64,000 nucleotides of DNA from a virus (lineage: Duplodnaviria; Caudoviricetes): the IMG/VR virus record IMGVR_UViG_2882674194_000007, positions 64,001-128,000 of that record. One strand, written 5' to 3'. The stretch's first letter is position 1. Each line of letters starts with the position of its first letter. The notes under the pieces are model-generated. The model saw nothing but the letters and a program-made list of their open reading frames with translations. It ran no database searches and was not told where the DNA came from. Position numbers and translations under genes: made by a program. Positions 10,528 through 20,790 of this stretch are shown here, in pieces.

Positions 10528-10980
10528 ATGTCAATGAAGTATGAAATTGGTACAAAAGTTAGAATAAGAACTGACTTAGAGACAGATAAACTTTATAATG
10601 GAATTGATTTTAGTATAGATATGAAATCATACATGGGAAAAGAAGCGAAAATTGTAGACTGTAATGAAAATGCATATTTTCTTGATGTAGACAATAGATT
10701 CTGGTCTTGGGGAGAAACAATGTTGAAAGAGGTTTCTAATACACCAACATTAGATCGAATGTTAGAAATCCAAGAACAGTCAGAACTTTGTGGAGAATTT
10801 TTAGATTGGTTTTTACATAAATATGCAGTTTTTGAAAGAAGACAGAAAAGAGAATCACCATTTGTTAATCCAGATGGAGCCAGCGACTATATAAGTAAAG
10901 AGAGATTGCTTGCTGAATTTTTTGACATTGATTTGGATGAGGCTGAAAGAGAAAAAGAGTCTATCTTGAAATCTCTATAA
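10528..10980 (+). CDS. Hypothetical protein
   Basis: GGAGG RBS after site 10488. Confidence 0.65.
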   Translation: MSMKYEIGTKVRIRTDLETDKLYNGIDFSIDMKSYMGKEAKIVDCNENAYFLDVDNRFWSWGETMLKEVSNTPTLDRMLEIQEQSELCGEFLDWFLHKYAVFERRQKRESPFVNPDGASDYISKERLLAEFFDIDLDEAEREKESILKSL

Positions 10981-10991
10981 GAGAAAAGAGA

Positions 10992-11423
10992 GTGGCGATT
11001 ATGAAGATTATCTGCTATTCAGTAACAGCATTTGAACCACAGGAACAGACACATCTGGCAAAGAATATTCAGCATCATCTTTCTGGTGGATTTAACATAG
11101 AGGATTATCCTGAGTTTATGAGATGGCAGATTCAGCGTATCCATGAACAAAAGGTAGCTTTCTACAAAGAGCATTTAGAAGACTTGAAGCGTGGTATTTG
11201 GTGTTTTGTAGATGGACATAAGAGTAATCAATCACTAAATCATCTGAAGCATAAAGTTCCGTGTTGAGAAGCTGAGGTTCCTGATGATATAGAGTGTTAT
11301 GATTGTAATTGGGAAAAACTGATAACTATTTCTGATCCTGATGTGCTATGGGGAGGGTGTTATATTCCTGAGAGGGAAATGTGGAAAATCATGAATGTTA
11401 GGAGAAGAAGGAAAACTGCATAA
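10992..11423 (+). pseudogene. Hypothetical gene with in-frame TGA at 11265-11267
   Basis: The frame stays open for 51 more sense codons after the TGA (KVPC*EAEVPDD...). Confidence 0.55.
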
Positions 11424-12418
11424 TTATAATATTGGAGGTTAATAACATGAAAACAATTTGGTATGCTGTAGTTGATTCAATAGAAGTTCCAGATGATATG
11501 AGTGATCATGAAATCGATAATAAAATCAATGAAATAGCTGATGGTAAGGAAGTTATGTGGTCAGAAAAAGACGATCTTATTGATATTCGTCAATGGGATT
11601 AAAAATGCCAATAGAATGTTGCTTTTAAGAGGAAATGTGAGGTGTGATATGATGACTATTTTTGAAGCAAATAGTAAATTAATTGAAATTGGAAATGTAA
11701 TGATTGAAGAACATGGTTTACAATATTATATTGTTCCAAGAACAACACTTAAAGAGTCTAATATAGAATTATATAAACAGTCCTATGATAATGTGGAGGC
11801 TGCTTATGAGGTTGCATTGCAGTTGCCATCAAATTTTGGAATGGAGAGCGTCTAAATATGTTAATATTAAAAGGAAATGTAGGAAAATCGGTAGTATTAC
11901 AATCGCTTATAGAGTCTTATCCAGATTCATATACAATTGTGTATGACAAGGAACCTATTGCTACTATACCAACTTATTATGTATCATCAAAGGAATTTAA
12001 CTTAGAAGATTTGTGTGAGAGTATAAAAAGAGAAATCGAAAGTGAATGTAGATCAAGGTCAATGATTATTGTCTATACAAACCTTCATGAAAGTGAAATC
12101 GGTTGTATTAAATCCTTAGTGGAAAAATTTGAATCGGATCACTTCTGTAGGTGGGGTGTTGTAATGTGTAAGGAATAAATATAAGGAAAGTTGGTGATTC
12201 ATCTATGAATAAACTACCTAAAATTGGTGATTTATTATATGCTGAAAGTGGTTATTTAATTGTAAGGCATTTGAAAATCATAGCAATTGATAAAAAAGAA
12301 AATATCAGTGATAGTATTGTAACAGTAATTGGAAAATATGGAAGAAGATATAGTGAACCTTTATGGATGTTTGCTGGAATTGAGTAAATGAAATGCTGTT
12401 TTTAAGGAGCAGATTAAT

Positions 12419-12565
12419 ATGTTGGGAATATGGTTGTTAAGGAGACATGCAAAAAAATCAAAAGAAAAATTAAGGGATTATTTATCTATTGATGATTTTG
12501 CAATTTTGTTATCAGAATATGATGGTTACGCCAAAAGTTTACCAAGGTGGGTGTGGTGGTTTTAG
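12419..12565 (+). CDS. Small ORF (48 aa), single-gene unit between sites 12389 and 12570
   Basis: AAGGAG RBS, ATG 12419, TAG followed by GCAA and the site. Confidence 0.55.
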   Translation: MLGIWLLRRHAKKSKEKLRDYLSIDDFAILLSEYDGYAKSLPRWVWWF

Positions 12566-12601
12566 GCAATGAAAGGCTGGTTTTAAGAAGGGGAGGAGAA
12601 A

Positions 12602-12742
12602 ATGCAATATTGTAATACAAAAAAGAGTTGTAAATATAAACATGATTGTTATAATGAACAGACGGTTGTGGATGGAGATAAGTTATGTACATTTTCTGAT
12701 TGGTGTTTATATCAGGAAATAATTGAAGATGATAAAGATTAA
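12602..12742 (+). CDS. Small Cys-rich ORF (46 aa), single-gene unit between sites 12570 and 12746
   Basis: GGAGG RBS, ATG 12602. Confidence 0.55.
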   Translation: MQYCNTKKSCKYKHDCYNEQTVVDGDKLCTFSDWCLYQEIIEDDKD

Positions 12743-12784
12743 CTTCGAAATTCAAGTTTTAAGTAATGGACTGGTGGTGATATA

Positions 12785-13306
12785 ATGAAATGGGATGAGA
12801 TACCTAAATTTAAAGAATTTGGAATAGTCAATCCTGTAAATTATGGCTTTGCGTTATATGTGGAGTTTATAAATGAACAAATTGATAAATATGATTTGCA
12901 GCTTAATCCAGAGTTTCAGCGTGGTCATGTATGGGTAGAAGAACAGCAGATAAAATATATTGAATTTATTCTTCGTGGCGGAAAAACAGGAAGAGATTTT
13001 TATTTTAATTGGAACCAAAAAACCAATGAATATGTATGTGTTGATGGATTACAGCGTACTAAGGCATTTATGCGATTTATTACTGGTGAAATAATGGTAT
13101 TTGGACAATATTATGATGACTTTGGTTTTACTAAGAGAGTAGCGGGTTATAACCCATTACCAGAGTTTCGGATTAATGTATATATGAATCATTTGGAGAA
13201 TAAGAAAGAGATTTTAGAATGGTATGTAGATATGAATTCTGGTGGAACACCACATACAAATGCTGAGATTGAAAGAGTTAAGAAAATGATTTTGGAACTG
13301 GGATGA
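12785..13306 (+). CDS. Short DUF262 domain protein (paralogue of 5829..6356)
   Basis: NPEFQRGHVW, VDGLQR, MNSGGTPH. Confidence 0.8.
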   Translation: MKWDEIPKFKEFGIVNPVNYGFALYVEFINEQIDKYDLQLNPEFQRGHVWVEEQQIKYIEFILRGGKTGRDFYFNWNQKTNEYVCVDGLQRTKAFMRFITGEIMVFGQYYDDFGFTKRVAGYNPLPEFRINVYMNHLENKKEILEWYVDMNSGGTPHTNAEIERVKKMILELG

Positions 13307-13331
13307 TTAAAATATATGTGAGGGTATAGAG

Positions 13332-14072
13332 ATGAATAGTCCTAAGAATAATGATATTTTAGATTTTCTTTTGGAAAGATTCAAAATAGAAAGAGAGAAG
13401 TTTGACAGATCTGGTGTGTATGCATATACGCAGCGTTTGTTTGCCTATAATTCAAATAAAATTGAGGGAAGTACGCTTACTGAGGAACAGACGGCATCTT
13501 TGTTTGACAATGGTACACTTCCAAAATCAGATGATTATTACAGAGCAAAGGATGTTGAGGAAATGAATGGGCATTTTCTCATGTTTAATAAGATGTTGGA
13601 CACGCTGGATGAGCCATTGACACAGGAACTAATAAAGAAATTTCATTATGAGTTGAAGTCTGGAGTATTTGAGGATCGTGCTAACGGATATGCAATCGGC
13701 GATTATAAGCAACGTCCTAATATGATCGGAATGTATCAGACTGTAAGACCAGAAGACGTTGAAAAAGAGATGAATGTTCTCATGGGATGGTATTTTAGAC
13801 AGAAAGTAAATATTTCTGTATTATCTGAGTTTCATGCAAGATACGAAAGTATTCATCCATTCCAGGACGGAAACGGTAGGACGGGAAGGTTGATTCTCTT
13901 TAGGGAGTGCCTAAAGAATGGTATTGTGCCGGTTGTGATTGAAGATGCAAATAGAAATGAGTATCTGGAGGCATTAAAAGAATATAGAGAAGAAAAAAGT
14001 CTGGATAAATTAATTACACTTTTTGAAAAAGAGCAGCAGTTTTATTTTGGGAAGTGCAAATATTTTATGTGA
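13332..14072 (+). CDS. Fic domain protein (class II, autoinhibited)
   Basis: HPFQDGNGRTGR active site; N-terminal SNKIEG inhibitory motif. Confidence 0.92.
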   Translation: MNSPKNNDILDFLLERFKIEREKFDRSGVYAYTQRLFAYNSNKIEGSTLTEEQTASLFDNGTLPKSDDYYRAKDVEEMNGHFLMFNKMLDTLDEPLTQELIKKFHYELKSGVFEDRANGYAIGDYKQRPNMIGMYQTVRPEDVEKEMNVLMGWYFRQKVNISVLSEFHARYESIHPFQDGNGRTGRLILFRECLKNGIVPVVIEDANRNEYLEALKEYREEKSLDKLITLFEKEQQFYFGKCKYFM

Positions 14073-14305
14073 GAGGAAATCTATATGGCAAAGAAAAATT
14101 ATTATTGTATTAAAGCGAGTAAAGGAAATGCATGTGATACTATTTCTTTTGAGAAAGATGAAGATGATATGATTTGTATTTGCATGGAAGGTGAAGAATT
14201 AAGGTTTACTGTAAAAGAAGCAAAAGAAATTGCGGATAAACTGAGAAAATGTGCGAATGAATAGAAATGAATGTTCAGTTTTATGATATATAGGAGAAAA
14301 TTAAT

Positions 14306-14722
14306 TTGAAAACATTATATATGTGTGAAATTTGTGGAAGACAATCTGAAGATAAAGATGATATTGAAAAGTGTGAAAATGTAGGTGTACCAGCTCCGTT
14401 GGTAAATATAGGAGATATAATATATTTTAATGATTGCAAAGAAACGCCCATATTATTTGGAAATGAAAAACTTATTACAAAAATTTCTAATACAGGCAGT
14501 TTATATGATACCATGAGAAAAGCAAGAGTATTTTTAAATCAATTGTTGAGGTATAAAGTTCAAAATATTATCGTAGATGGTCATGAGATAGAATATAGAT
14601 TACAAGGTATAAAAGGTGAATCTATTAATTTTTCAGCATCAGATGATTTAAAAACTTTTTGGAGATATCCTGTTATTTATGGGAATGATTTTATGCAAGA
14701 AATATTAGATAAGTATAATTGA
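14306..14722 (+). CDS. Hypothetical protein with N-terminal CxxC
   Basis: Single-gene unit between sites 14268 and 14727. Confidence 0.6.
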   Translation: MKTLYMCEICGRQSEDKDDIEKCENVGVPAPLVNIGDIIYFNDCKETPILFGNEKLITKISNTGSLYDTMRKARVFLNQLLRYKVQNIIVDGHEIEYRLQGIKGESINFSASDDLKTFWRYPVIYGNDFMQEILDKYN

Positions 14723-14765
14723 CAGATAAAAGTGAAATTTTAAGGATAAATATAGAGGTAGAAAT

Positions 14766-14987
14766 ATGACAGGAGATAAGTATAGAGTAAAATGTGATTG
14801 TCAGATTAGCAGATTTAAGTTAAAGCAAGGTGATATATTGATTGAATTTGGTGCATATAACTTTGAAACAGAAGAATATGAAGATGGTGGCGAATACAAC
14901 GATCTTAGAAATAATAATTATGAATATATATGTGATGTTGGCAGTCAATTCTCAAAAGAGAATTTAGAGAAAATGGAAATAAAATAA
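14766..14987 (+). CDS. Hypothetical protein
   Basis: Single-gene unit between sites 14727 and 14980. Confidence 0.6.
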   Translation: MTGDKYRVKCDCQISRFKLKQGDILIEFGAYNFETEEYEDGGEYNDLRNNNYEYICDVGSQFSKENLEKMEIK

Positions 14988-15389
14988 CTATTTCAGGAGG
15001 AATGAGCATGTTCGAAATCATAAATGTAAGAGTCCACATATGTATCCTGTAAACATTTCCAGCCTTGATAGGTGTTTACAGGGTGCAAATAATATCAAGG
15101 AGGACTCTTCTATGGAGAAAGAACAAAGAGGTACAGAATATCGGAGGTATATAAGAAGTAAGGCAATATTAAGAAAGAAGCGTATAAGTAACTCAGTATA
15201 TGGACTTGATTGGTATAAACATGATGGACAATATTCAAAGGGGAAAATACATTGTGGCTGCGGATTGTGTAAATTTGGCAAGAGATATGGATTGCCGACA
15301 ACTAGGGATATGCGAGAGAAATTAAGAGAGCGCATATTATTAGATGATTATAAAAAGACACAATGAAAAATTTTTTGCAAAGAACACTG

Positions 15390-15420
15390 AAAGCGATACA
15401 AATAAATGTATCGCTTTTAT
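15390..15420 (+). terminator. Intrinsic terminator ending the first accessory block
   Basis: AAAGCGATACA / TGTATCGCTTTT. Confidence 0.7.
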
Positions 15421-15751
15421 TAATATAGAAACCATAATTTTATCTTTTATAGTAGATAGTATAACATAGAAAAAGCCTTATTTCTACATTAAGAATATGG
15501 AAGTAATGGATAAAACTGTAATATGAACCGACACTCAAAAAATATAAAAGTGTGCAAAATAGGCACTTTCTCATACGGAAAACAAGATAAAATTATGGTT
15601 TCATTTTTTTAAAATATATGATTTCCTGAAAATGACGAAATGATGATTAAAATATGAAATAGGATATCAATAGTAAGATTTTTTGTAGAATAATTTGGTA
15701 GTGAAGTTTTAATTAAGAGTCCAGTTTAATGTACATGAAAAACGTTATTAT

Positions 15752-15994
15752 TTATTCAGTTGAATTGCCTTTATTTATAAAATGAATTGGATCAATAATG
15801 TTTTCGCTTTCGATAACTTCATTTACACTACATTCAAGTGCTGTACAAATTTTTTGCAAAACATCAAATTGAATAGCTGAAGTTTTACCATTACATAAAT
15901 TATTAATAGTAGATGCAGCAATTCCAGTTGTTTGAGCAAGCCAATATTGTGAATGTCCCTTTTGTTGTAAAGTATTATTTAAAGTAATTTGCAT
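15752..15994 (-). CDS. XRE/Cro-CI family HTH regulator
   Basis: SQYWLAQTTGIAASTINNLCNG...LQKICTALEC; RBS on the minus strand; the only convincing minus-strand gene. Confidence 0.88.
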   Translation of the reverse strand: MQITLNNTLQQKGHSQYWLAQTTGIAASTINNLCNGKTSAIQFDVLQKICTALECSVNEVIESENIIDPIHFINKGNSTE

Positions 15995-16023
15995 TAAAGA
16001 TATTCTCCTTATTATATAGAATT

Positions 16024-16090
16024 ATATTAACAAAAATATTTGCTTTTTGCAATAATTAGTGTTGACAATAATTAGTGCATAAACTATAAT
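16024..16090. promoter_or_regulatory. Divergent promoters with tandem operator CAATAATTAGTG x2
   Basis: Plus strand TTGACA(16062)-17-TATAAT(16085); minus strand TTGCAA-17-TAATAT; repeats at 16050-16061 and 16066-16077. Confidence 0.75.
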
Positions 16091-16146
16091 ATGAAGTATC
16101 AAGAGTAAATGTAGGACATACATAAAGCTATGAGAGGAGGAAAGCT

Positions 16147-16575
16147 ATGAGGATGTTTGATATTTTTTATGCTAATTTATCAAAAAATGCCGTACAATCT
16201 GAGCAAGGCGGCATTCGTCCAGTTATTGTCATCCAAAATGATGTTGGAAATAAATATAGTCCTACAGTGATTGTGCTTCCTATAACTTCGGAAATTAAAA
16301 AGGAGAATATGCCAACTCATTGTATATTACACAAAACTTATAGAAATGGATTAGAAGTGGATTCTATGGTGTTAGCTGAACAAATTCGGGTTATTGATAA
16401 AAGCAGATTGTTAAATAAAATTGGTTACTTAGACGATGCTAATGAGCAAAATGATGTTATAAACACATATCTTGCCAATATTACAGGAAAGAAGAGATAT
16501 ACATCTATGTGGTCTAAAGTAGTTAATATGATTTTCAAATTAGTTAAGGAGGGTGAGTATGGGAGAGCAGCTTAG
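16147..16575 (+). CDS. PemK/MazF family endoribonuclease-like protein (no adjacent MazE)
   Basis: SEQGGIRPVIVIQNDVGNKYSPTVIVLPITS...LAEQIRVIDKSRL. Confidence 0.88.
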   Translation: MRMFDIFYANLSKNAVQSEQGGIRPVIVIQNDVGNKYSPTVIVLPITSEIKKENMPTHCILHKTYRNGLEVDSMVLAEQIRVIDKSRLLNKIGYLDDANEQNDVINTYLANITGKKRYTSMWSKVVNMIFKLVKEGEYGRAA

Positions 16576-16857
16576 ATTTGTGAGCAAAGAAGAAGCACAT
16601 AAATTGATTGATGCAATGCCAGGCAATTGTGTATTAGTTATAAAATATAATAATATTATTGGAATGTCTGATAATGAAAAATATGTTAAGAAAAAGAGAG
16701 GTAAAAGATATGTAGATAAATCTGAGACGTTAGTATTAGTTGATAGTAGACCTATATTAACCTTGAATCTACATGATAAATTTATTAAGGATTTTTCAGA
16801 ATACAATAGAGAAAATATAGTAAGGAGTATAATGTTAGCAAAACTGGAATAAAATAA

Positions 16858-16909
16858 CGAACGCTTGTTCGAGAAAATTATTGACAAATAAAAACACATG
16901 TTCTATACT
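16858..16909 (+). promoter_or_regulatory. Sigma-A promoter with Gram-positive LexA (SOS) boxes
   Basis: CGAACGCTTGTTCG 16858-16871; TTGACA(16881)-17-TATACT(16904); degenerate AAAACACATGTTCT in the spacer. Confidence 0.75.
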
Positions 16910-16931
16910 TATGATTGTTAAAAGCAATTAA

Positions 16932-17075
16932 ACATAAAAGACCCATCCTCAAGCGGTGCTACCAACACCATCGGATAGGTCTTCTACATACACACAAATT
17001 CGATGCCATAAGGCTAGAATTTGAAACGCAGAATGCGCTTAAAGTTATTTTACATATTTGAAAGATTAAAGTCAA
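16932..17075 (-). ncRNA. Putative small antisense RNA with its own promoter and terminator
   Basis: Minus-strand TTGACT(17075)-17-TAAAAT(17052); hairpin at ~16938-16985 followed by a U tract on the minus strand. Confidence 0.5.
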
Positions 17076-17136
17076 GCAATTTCAAGCGATTCTGCAAAAA
17101 AATTCAAATTAGAAAATAACTAAATATTGTGTTTAA

Positions 17137-17208
17137 TGGGCTATTGCCAAGCGGCAAGGCACAGGACTTTGACTCCTGCATTCGCTGGTTCGAATCCAGC
17201 TAGCCCAG
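17137..17208 (+). tRNA. tRNA-Gln(TTG), no encoded CCA
   Basis: TGGGCTA/TAGCCCA acceptor stem; CAGGA-CTTTGAC-TCCTG anticodon arm; GGTTCGAATCC. Confidence 0.95.
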
Positions 17209-17212
17209 TTAT

Positions 17213-17286
17213 GGATCCTTATTTCAGTTGGTTAGAAATCTCGGCTCATAACCGAGCAGTCCTGGGTTCGAGTCCCAGAGGATCCA
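17213..17286 (+). tRNA. tRNA with CAT anticodon, probably tRNA-Ile2 (lysidine type), otherwise elongator Met
   Basis: GGATCCT/AGGATCC acceptor stem; CTCGG-CTCATAA-CCGAG; resembles Firmicute Ile2 (CGGCTCATAACCG). Confidence 0.88.
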
Positions 17287-17360
17287 TTAAATCAGTGTTT
17301 TAAGCACACTGTATTTTTTATACCCATTTTTAGGGAATCAATAAGAAAGGATGAAGAAAA

Positions 17361-17978
17361 ATGGACTATGTAATTAAAAATTATAAGAATCTGTACATTC
17401 GACTCAATAAAAACGGAACACCTGTTACATGTGCAGAACATGAAAAAACATTATTTGAGCAGTCAAAAGCAAAGAATATTTTTGATAGTTTGCCAAAAAC
17501 ATTGAAAAGATTAAATTTTAAGGTAGAACCTATTTTGGATGTTGGGCAAAATAAATTAAATTCATCCGAGGATAGAAAAACAATAAAAAATGAAAATTAC
17601 ATAATTCCTGATCAAATCACACAATGGATTGAGAAATTTGGAATATGTGATGACATATTGAAAGAAGCGCAAAAGAGAAAAGAAGAACTGGTCAGATTAT
17701 TATCTGATGCAGATAAAGAATTTAGTAATATGGTACATAAAGTTGAACTCGAAGAAAAAATAGATATGTACGGTGCTTGGGAAGAGAGAAATAAGTGGAG
17801 AAAGAATAGAAGAAAGAGAAGAGAAATAAAAGATGAGTTACTAATTATTTCAAATGTATTGAAAATGGATTTTAGAAATCTTGATAGAAGTACAATTGAT
17901 AAAGTTGTTAGAGGATTAGCAAAAAGAAAATTTACATACCGAGTAGTCGAAGAGGAGGAAACAGAAAATGTTGTGTAA
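17361..17978 (+). CDS. Hypothetical phage protein
   Basis: 205-aa ORF with RBS. Confidence 0.65.
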   Translation: MDYVIKNYKNLYIRLNKNGTPVTCAEHEKTLFEQSKAKNIFDSLPKTLKRLNFKVEPILDVGQNKLNSSEDRKTIKNENYIIPDQITQWIEKFGICDDILKEAQKRKEELVRLLSDADKEFSNMVHKVELEEKIDMYGAWEERNKWRKNRRKRREIKDELLIISNVLKMDFRNLDRSTIDKVVRGLAKRKFTYRVVEEEETENVV

Positions 17979-18179
17979 AAGATGTATGACTGTAATGGCA
18001 ACTGGCACTACATACGAGCAAAGAAGAGATGGTAAATCTTCAGCAAGAAGGTTTCACGAATGTAAAAGGTGTCATGATAAGGTTTATACTAAAGAACCAA
18101 ATTTTCAGGAATGTATGAATAAGGCATCAAATAGATGTAGAAATAAATAATACATAAAATCATAGAGAGGTGTATCATT

Positions 18180-18815
18180 ATGGATCAGATAATCATACCT
18201 GAATATATGGAGCCAATAGTAGTTTCATATTATCAGAATAATGCAAAGAAATTAAATAATGTGGTGGACAAAATTTTACTTAAACTTCATTTTGTTGATA
18301 TTGACAAGAATGACTTTTATTCTTTGGCAAATGAGGTTTTTATGTATACGGTTAGGGATTATGACAAATCACAATCATTTGATGGTTTTTTATATTCTTG
18401 CTTATATAAGAGATTTTGTACAGAAATGACAAGTAGAAAAAGAGATAAGAGGTGTACTAAAGTAAAAGTTAAAGAAAAAAATGAAAAAGGAGAAGTAATT
18501 GAGAAGATTGTAATTATACCTGATGTAAGTATATATTCACCAATTGGAGAAGATGAAAGTTCTACTATTGAAGATATGATAGCAGATGAAACCACTATTG
18601 AAAAAGAAGTTTTTGATAAAAATGAAGAAGGATATAGTAAGAAAATGCTTTTGTATTTGAACAGACTTTCAAATCTTCAGAAAGAGGTATTAAGGCTTAA
18701 TATAGCGGGCTATCTTCCAAATGAGATTAGAGAAGAATTACATATAAGTGAAAAACAATATGCAGATTGTTATGCTGCTATTCATTCATATAGAAATGTT
18801 TCAGTGTTGTTTTAA
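18180..18815 (+). CDS. Sigma-70-like RNA polymerase sigma factor / region-4 HTH protein
   Basis: DFYSLA...YDKSQSFDGF (region 2-like); LSNLQKEVL...GY..NEIREEL (region 4-like). Confidence 0.65.
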   Translation: MDQIIIPEYMEPIVVSYYQNNAKKLNNVVDKILLKLHFVDIDKNDFYSLANEVFMYTVRDYDKSQSFDGFLYSCLYKRFCTEMTSRKRDKRCTKVKVKEKNEKGEVIEKIVIIPDVSIYSPIGEDESSTIEDMIADETTIEKEVFDKNEEGYSKKMLLYLNRLSNLQKEVLRLNIAGYLPNEIREELHISEKQYADCYAAIHSYRNVSVLF

Positions 18816-18849
18816 TTGATATAAAAGAGAATAATGGGAGGAATTTAAA

Positions 18850-20223
18850 ATGGCAAGACCTAGAAAACAAACCTATACTTTGGACATGTATCTAAAGAAG
18901 AACCGGAAGGGAGACATTGATAACAATGCAGATGTTCAGAGAAATTTTGTCTGGAATAATGAGCAGATCAATGAACTGATCGTCACCGTACTGACAGATG
19001 ACTATATTCCTCCCATTATTCTCGGAGAAGAATCTAATTCAAGATTACATATTGTGGATGGCGGTCAAAGGACAGCAGCGTTAATAAAATATAGATATGG
19101 AAATCATAAGATAACATCTTCTATAGAAAACTCTATTATACCTTACAAGAAAAAGACATTGGACAAAGATGGAAAAACAATATATGAGGATACTGTATTT
19201 GATATAAAAAACAAGACTTTTGAAAAACTTCCTGATGAATTAAAGGAAAAGTTTGATGAATATCAGATTGAAACAGTTATTCATGAATCTTGTGATAGCT
19301 TTATAATTTCCAGATATATCAAAAGATATAATAATCATGTAGCCATGAATACTGAACAGAAAGCTTTTACATACATTGATAAATTTGCAAGTCGAATCAG
19401 AGAAATCGTTAATAGTAAATTCTTTGTTGAGTGTAACAATTATTCTGAAAAGGATAAGACAAAGGGTGTTGTTGAGAGAATAGTTGTAGAATCTATGATG
19501 TGTATGAATCATTTCGACAATTGGAAAACGCAGCCAAAACCGGCCTTTAAATATCTTAACGACCATGCTGCTGAGGAAGAATTTGATATGTTTGCTGATA
19601 ATCTGCATAGGCTTGAAAATATCATAACCGTCGATATTAAGAACATATTTAATAAAAAAGATTCCTTTGTATTCCTTACGCTGTTTGATAAATTTACACG
19701 GCTTGAATTAGATGATGAGAAGTTTGTTGGGTTTCTAAGAGAGTTTCAATGCAAATTGCGTCCAGTCAAAAGAAATGATAAAGGGTTATTGTTTGATGAA
19801 ATTGATAAAGATGCAAGTACAAAGGATAAGCAGGTAATAACTGATAAATTGCATATGCTTGAGAATCTGATGTTGGATTTTTTGCATATTGATAACACTA
19901 ATTCCGCGCAAAGTAATATAGAGTCATTTATAGCTCAAAATCTTGATATGGATGTAGAAACTGTTCAAGTTGATATGGATTTTTATAATGAGTCATTGAA
20001 CGAATTATTAGATCATACAGTCAAGATTGATTCTAAATTGCGTAATGAAGCAAATAGACCTTCGTTGTTAGCAATGATGGTTTATTCATATAAAGAAGAT
20101 AAGGATTTAGATAAATGGATGACCGAATACGCAAGGCAGAATAATACATATTTTGTTGACCAGAAAAAGAATTTCTTACATATGAAAAATGATTTTGAAC
20201 ATTATCTTAAAAAATGTGCATAA
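18850..20223 (+). CDS. Long DUF262 domain protein
   Basis: VQRNFVW, IPPIILGE, IVDGGQR. Confidence 0.8.
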   Translation: MARPRKQTYTLDMYLKKNRKGDIDNNADVQRNFVWNNEQINELIVTVLTDDYIPPIILGEESNSRLHIVDGGQRTAALIKYRYGNHKITSSIENSIIPYKKKTLDKDGKTIYEDTVFDIKNKTFEKLPDELKEKFDEYQIETVIHESCDSFIISRYIKRYNNHVAMNTEQKAFTYIDKFASRIREIVNSKFFVECNNYSEKDKTKGVVERIVVESMMCMNHFDNWKTQPKPAFKYLNDHAAEEEFDMFADNLHRLENIITVDIKNIFNKKDSFVFLTLFDKFTRLELDDEKFVGFLREFQCKLRPVKRNDKGLLFDEIDKDASTKDKQVITDKLHMLENLMLDFLHIDNTNSAQSNIESFIAQNLDMDVETVQVDMDFYNESLNELLDHTVKIDSKLRNEANRPSLLAMMVYSYKEDKDLDKWMTEYARQNNTYFVDQKKNFLHMKNDFEHYLKKCA

Positions 20224-20790
20224 AGGAGGCTAAAATTATGTTGTATATGAGTAATGACAGAAAAGGTATTTTTAAAACTGAACAGGAATGTTATGAGTAT
20301 GAGCAACGGATCAAAAGAGAAAAAGAGAATGAAGAAAAATTGGAGAAGAAACGTCAGAGTAGATTGAATTCTATCAATAAAAAGTACGAAGATTTGCAGA
20401 AGGATATAGCTGAATATAAGAAAGATTATGGTACGAGGTTGGAAGGATATTTCACACCATTTCATGAACTTTTGAATATGCTGTATCGGTAAGTTAAAAG
20501 CCGCATTTCATCGGGAAATATGGAGGAAAAATGAAACAATACATAATTTATGAATGTGAAAATTGTGGTAAAAAATCCAAAGACAAAACTGAAATTATCA
20601 AGTGTGAAGCTGCTCATTTAAATCTTTCTGAAGATGAATATCAGAAATGGGAGGATTTGAAACAAAATGTTAGATATGCGTCCCATATTGTAAGTACCTG
20701 TAAGAATGAGCAGACTGATAAAGAATTTGACTATGCAATTGCTGAATTAATGAATTTTGAGAAGCTGCATAGGATAGAGGAGAATTAGTT

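Noticed and set aside
15421-15751. AT-rich gap as replication origin or attachment site
   Set aside because: No iterons, DnaA-box cluster or host-phage junction could be identified; only one repeat site (15588).
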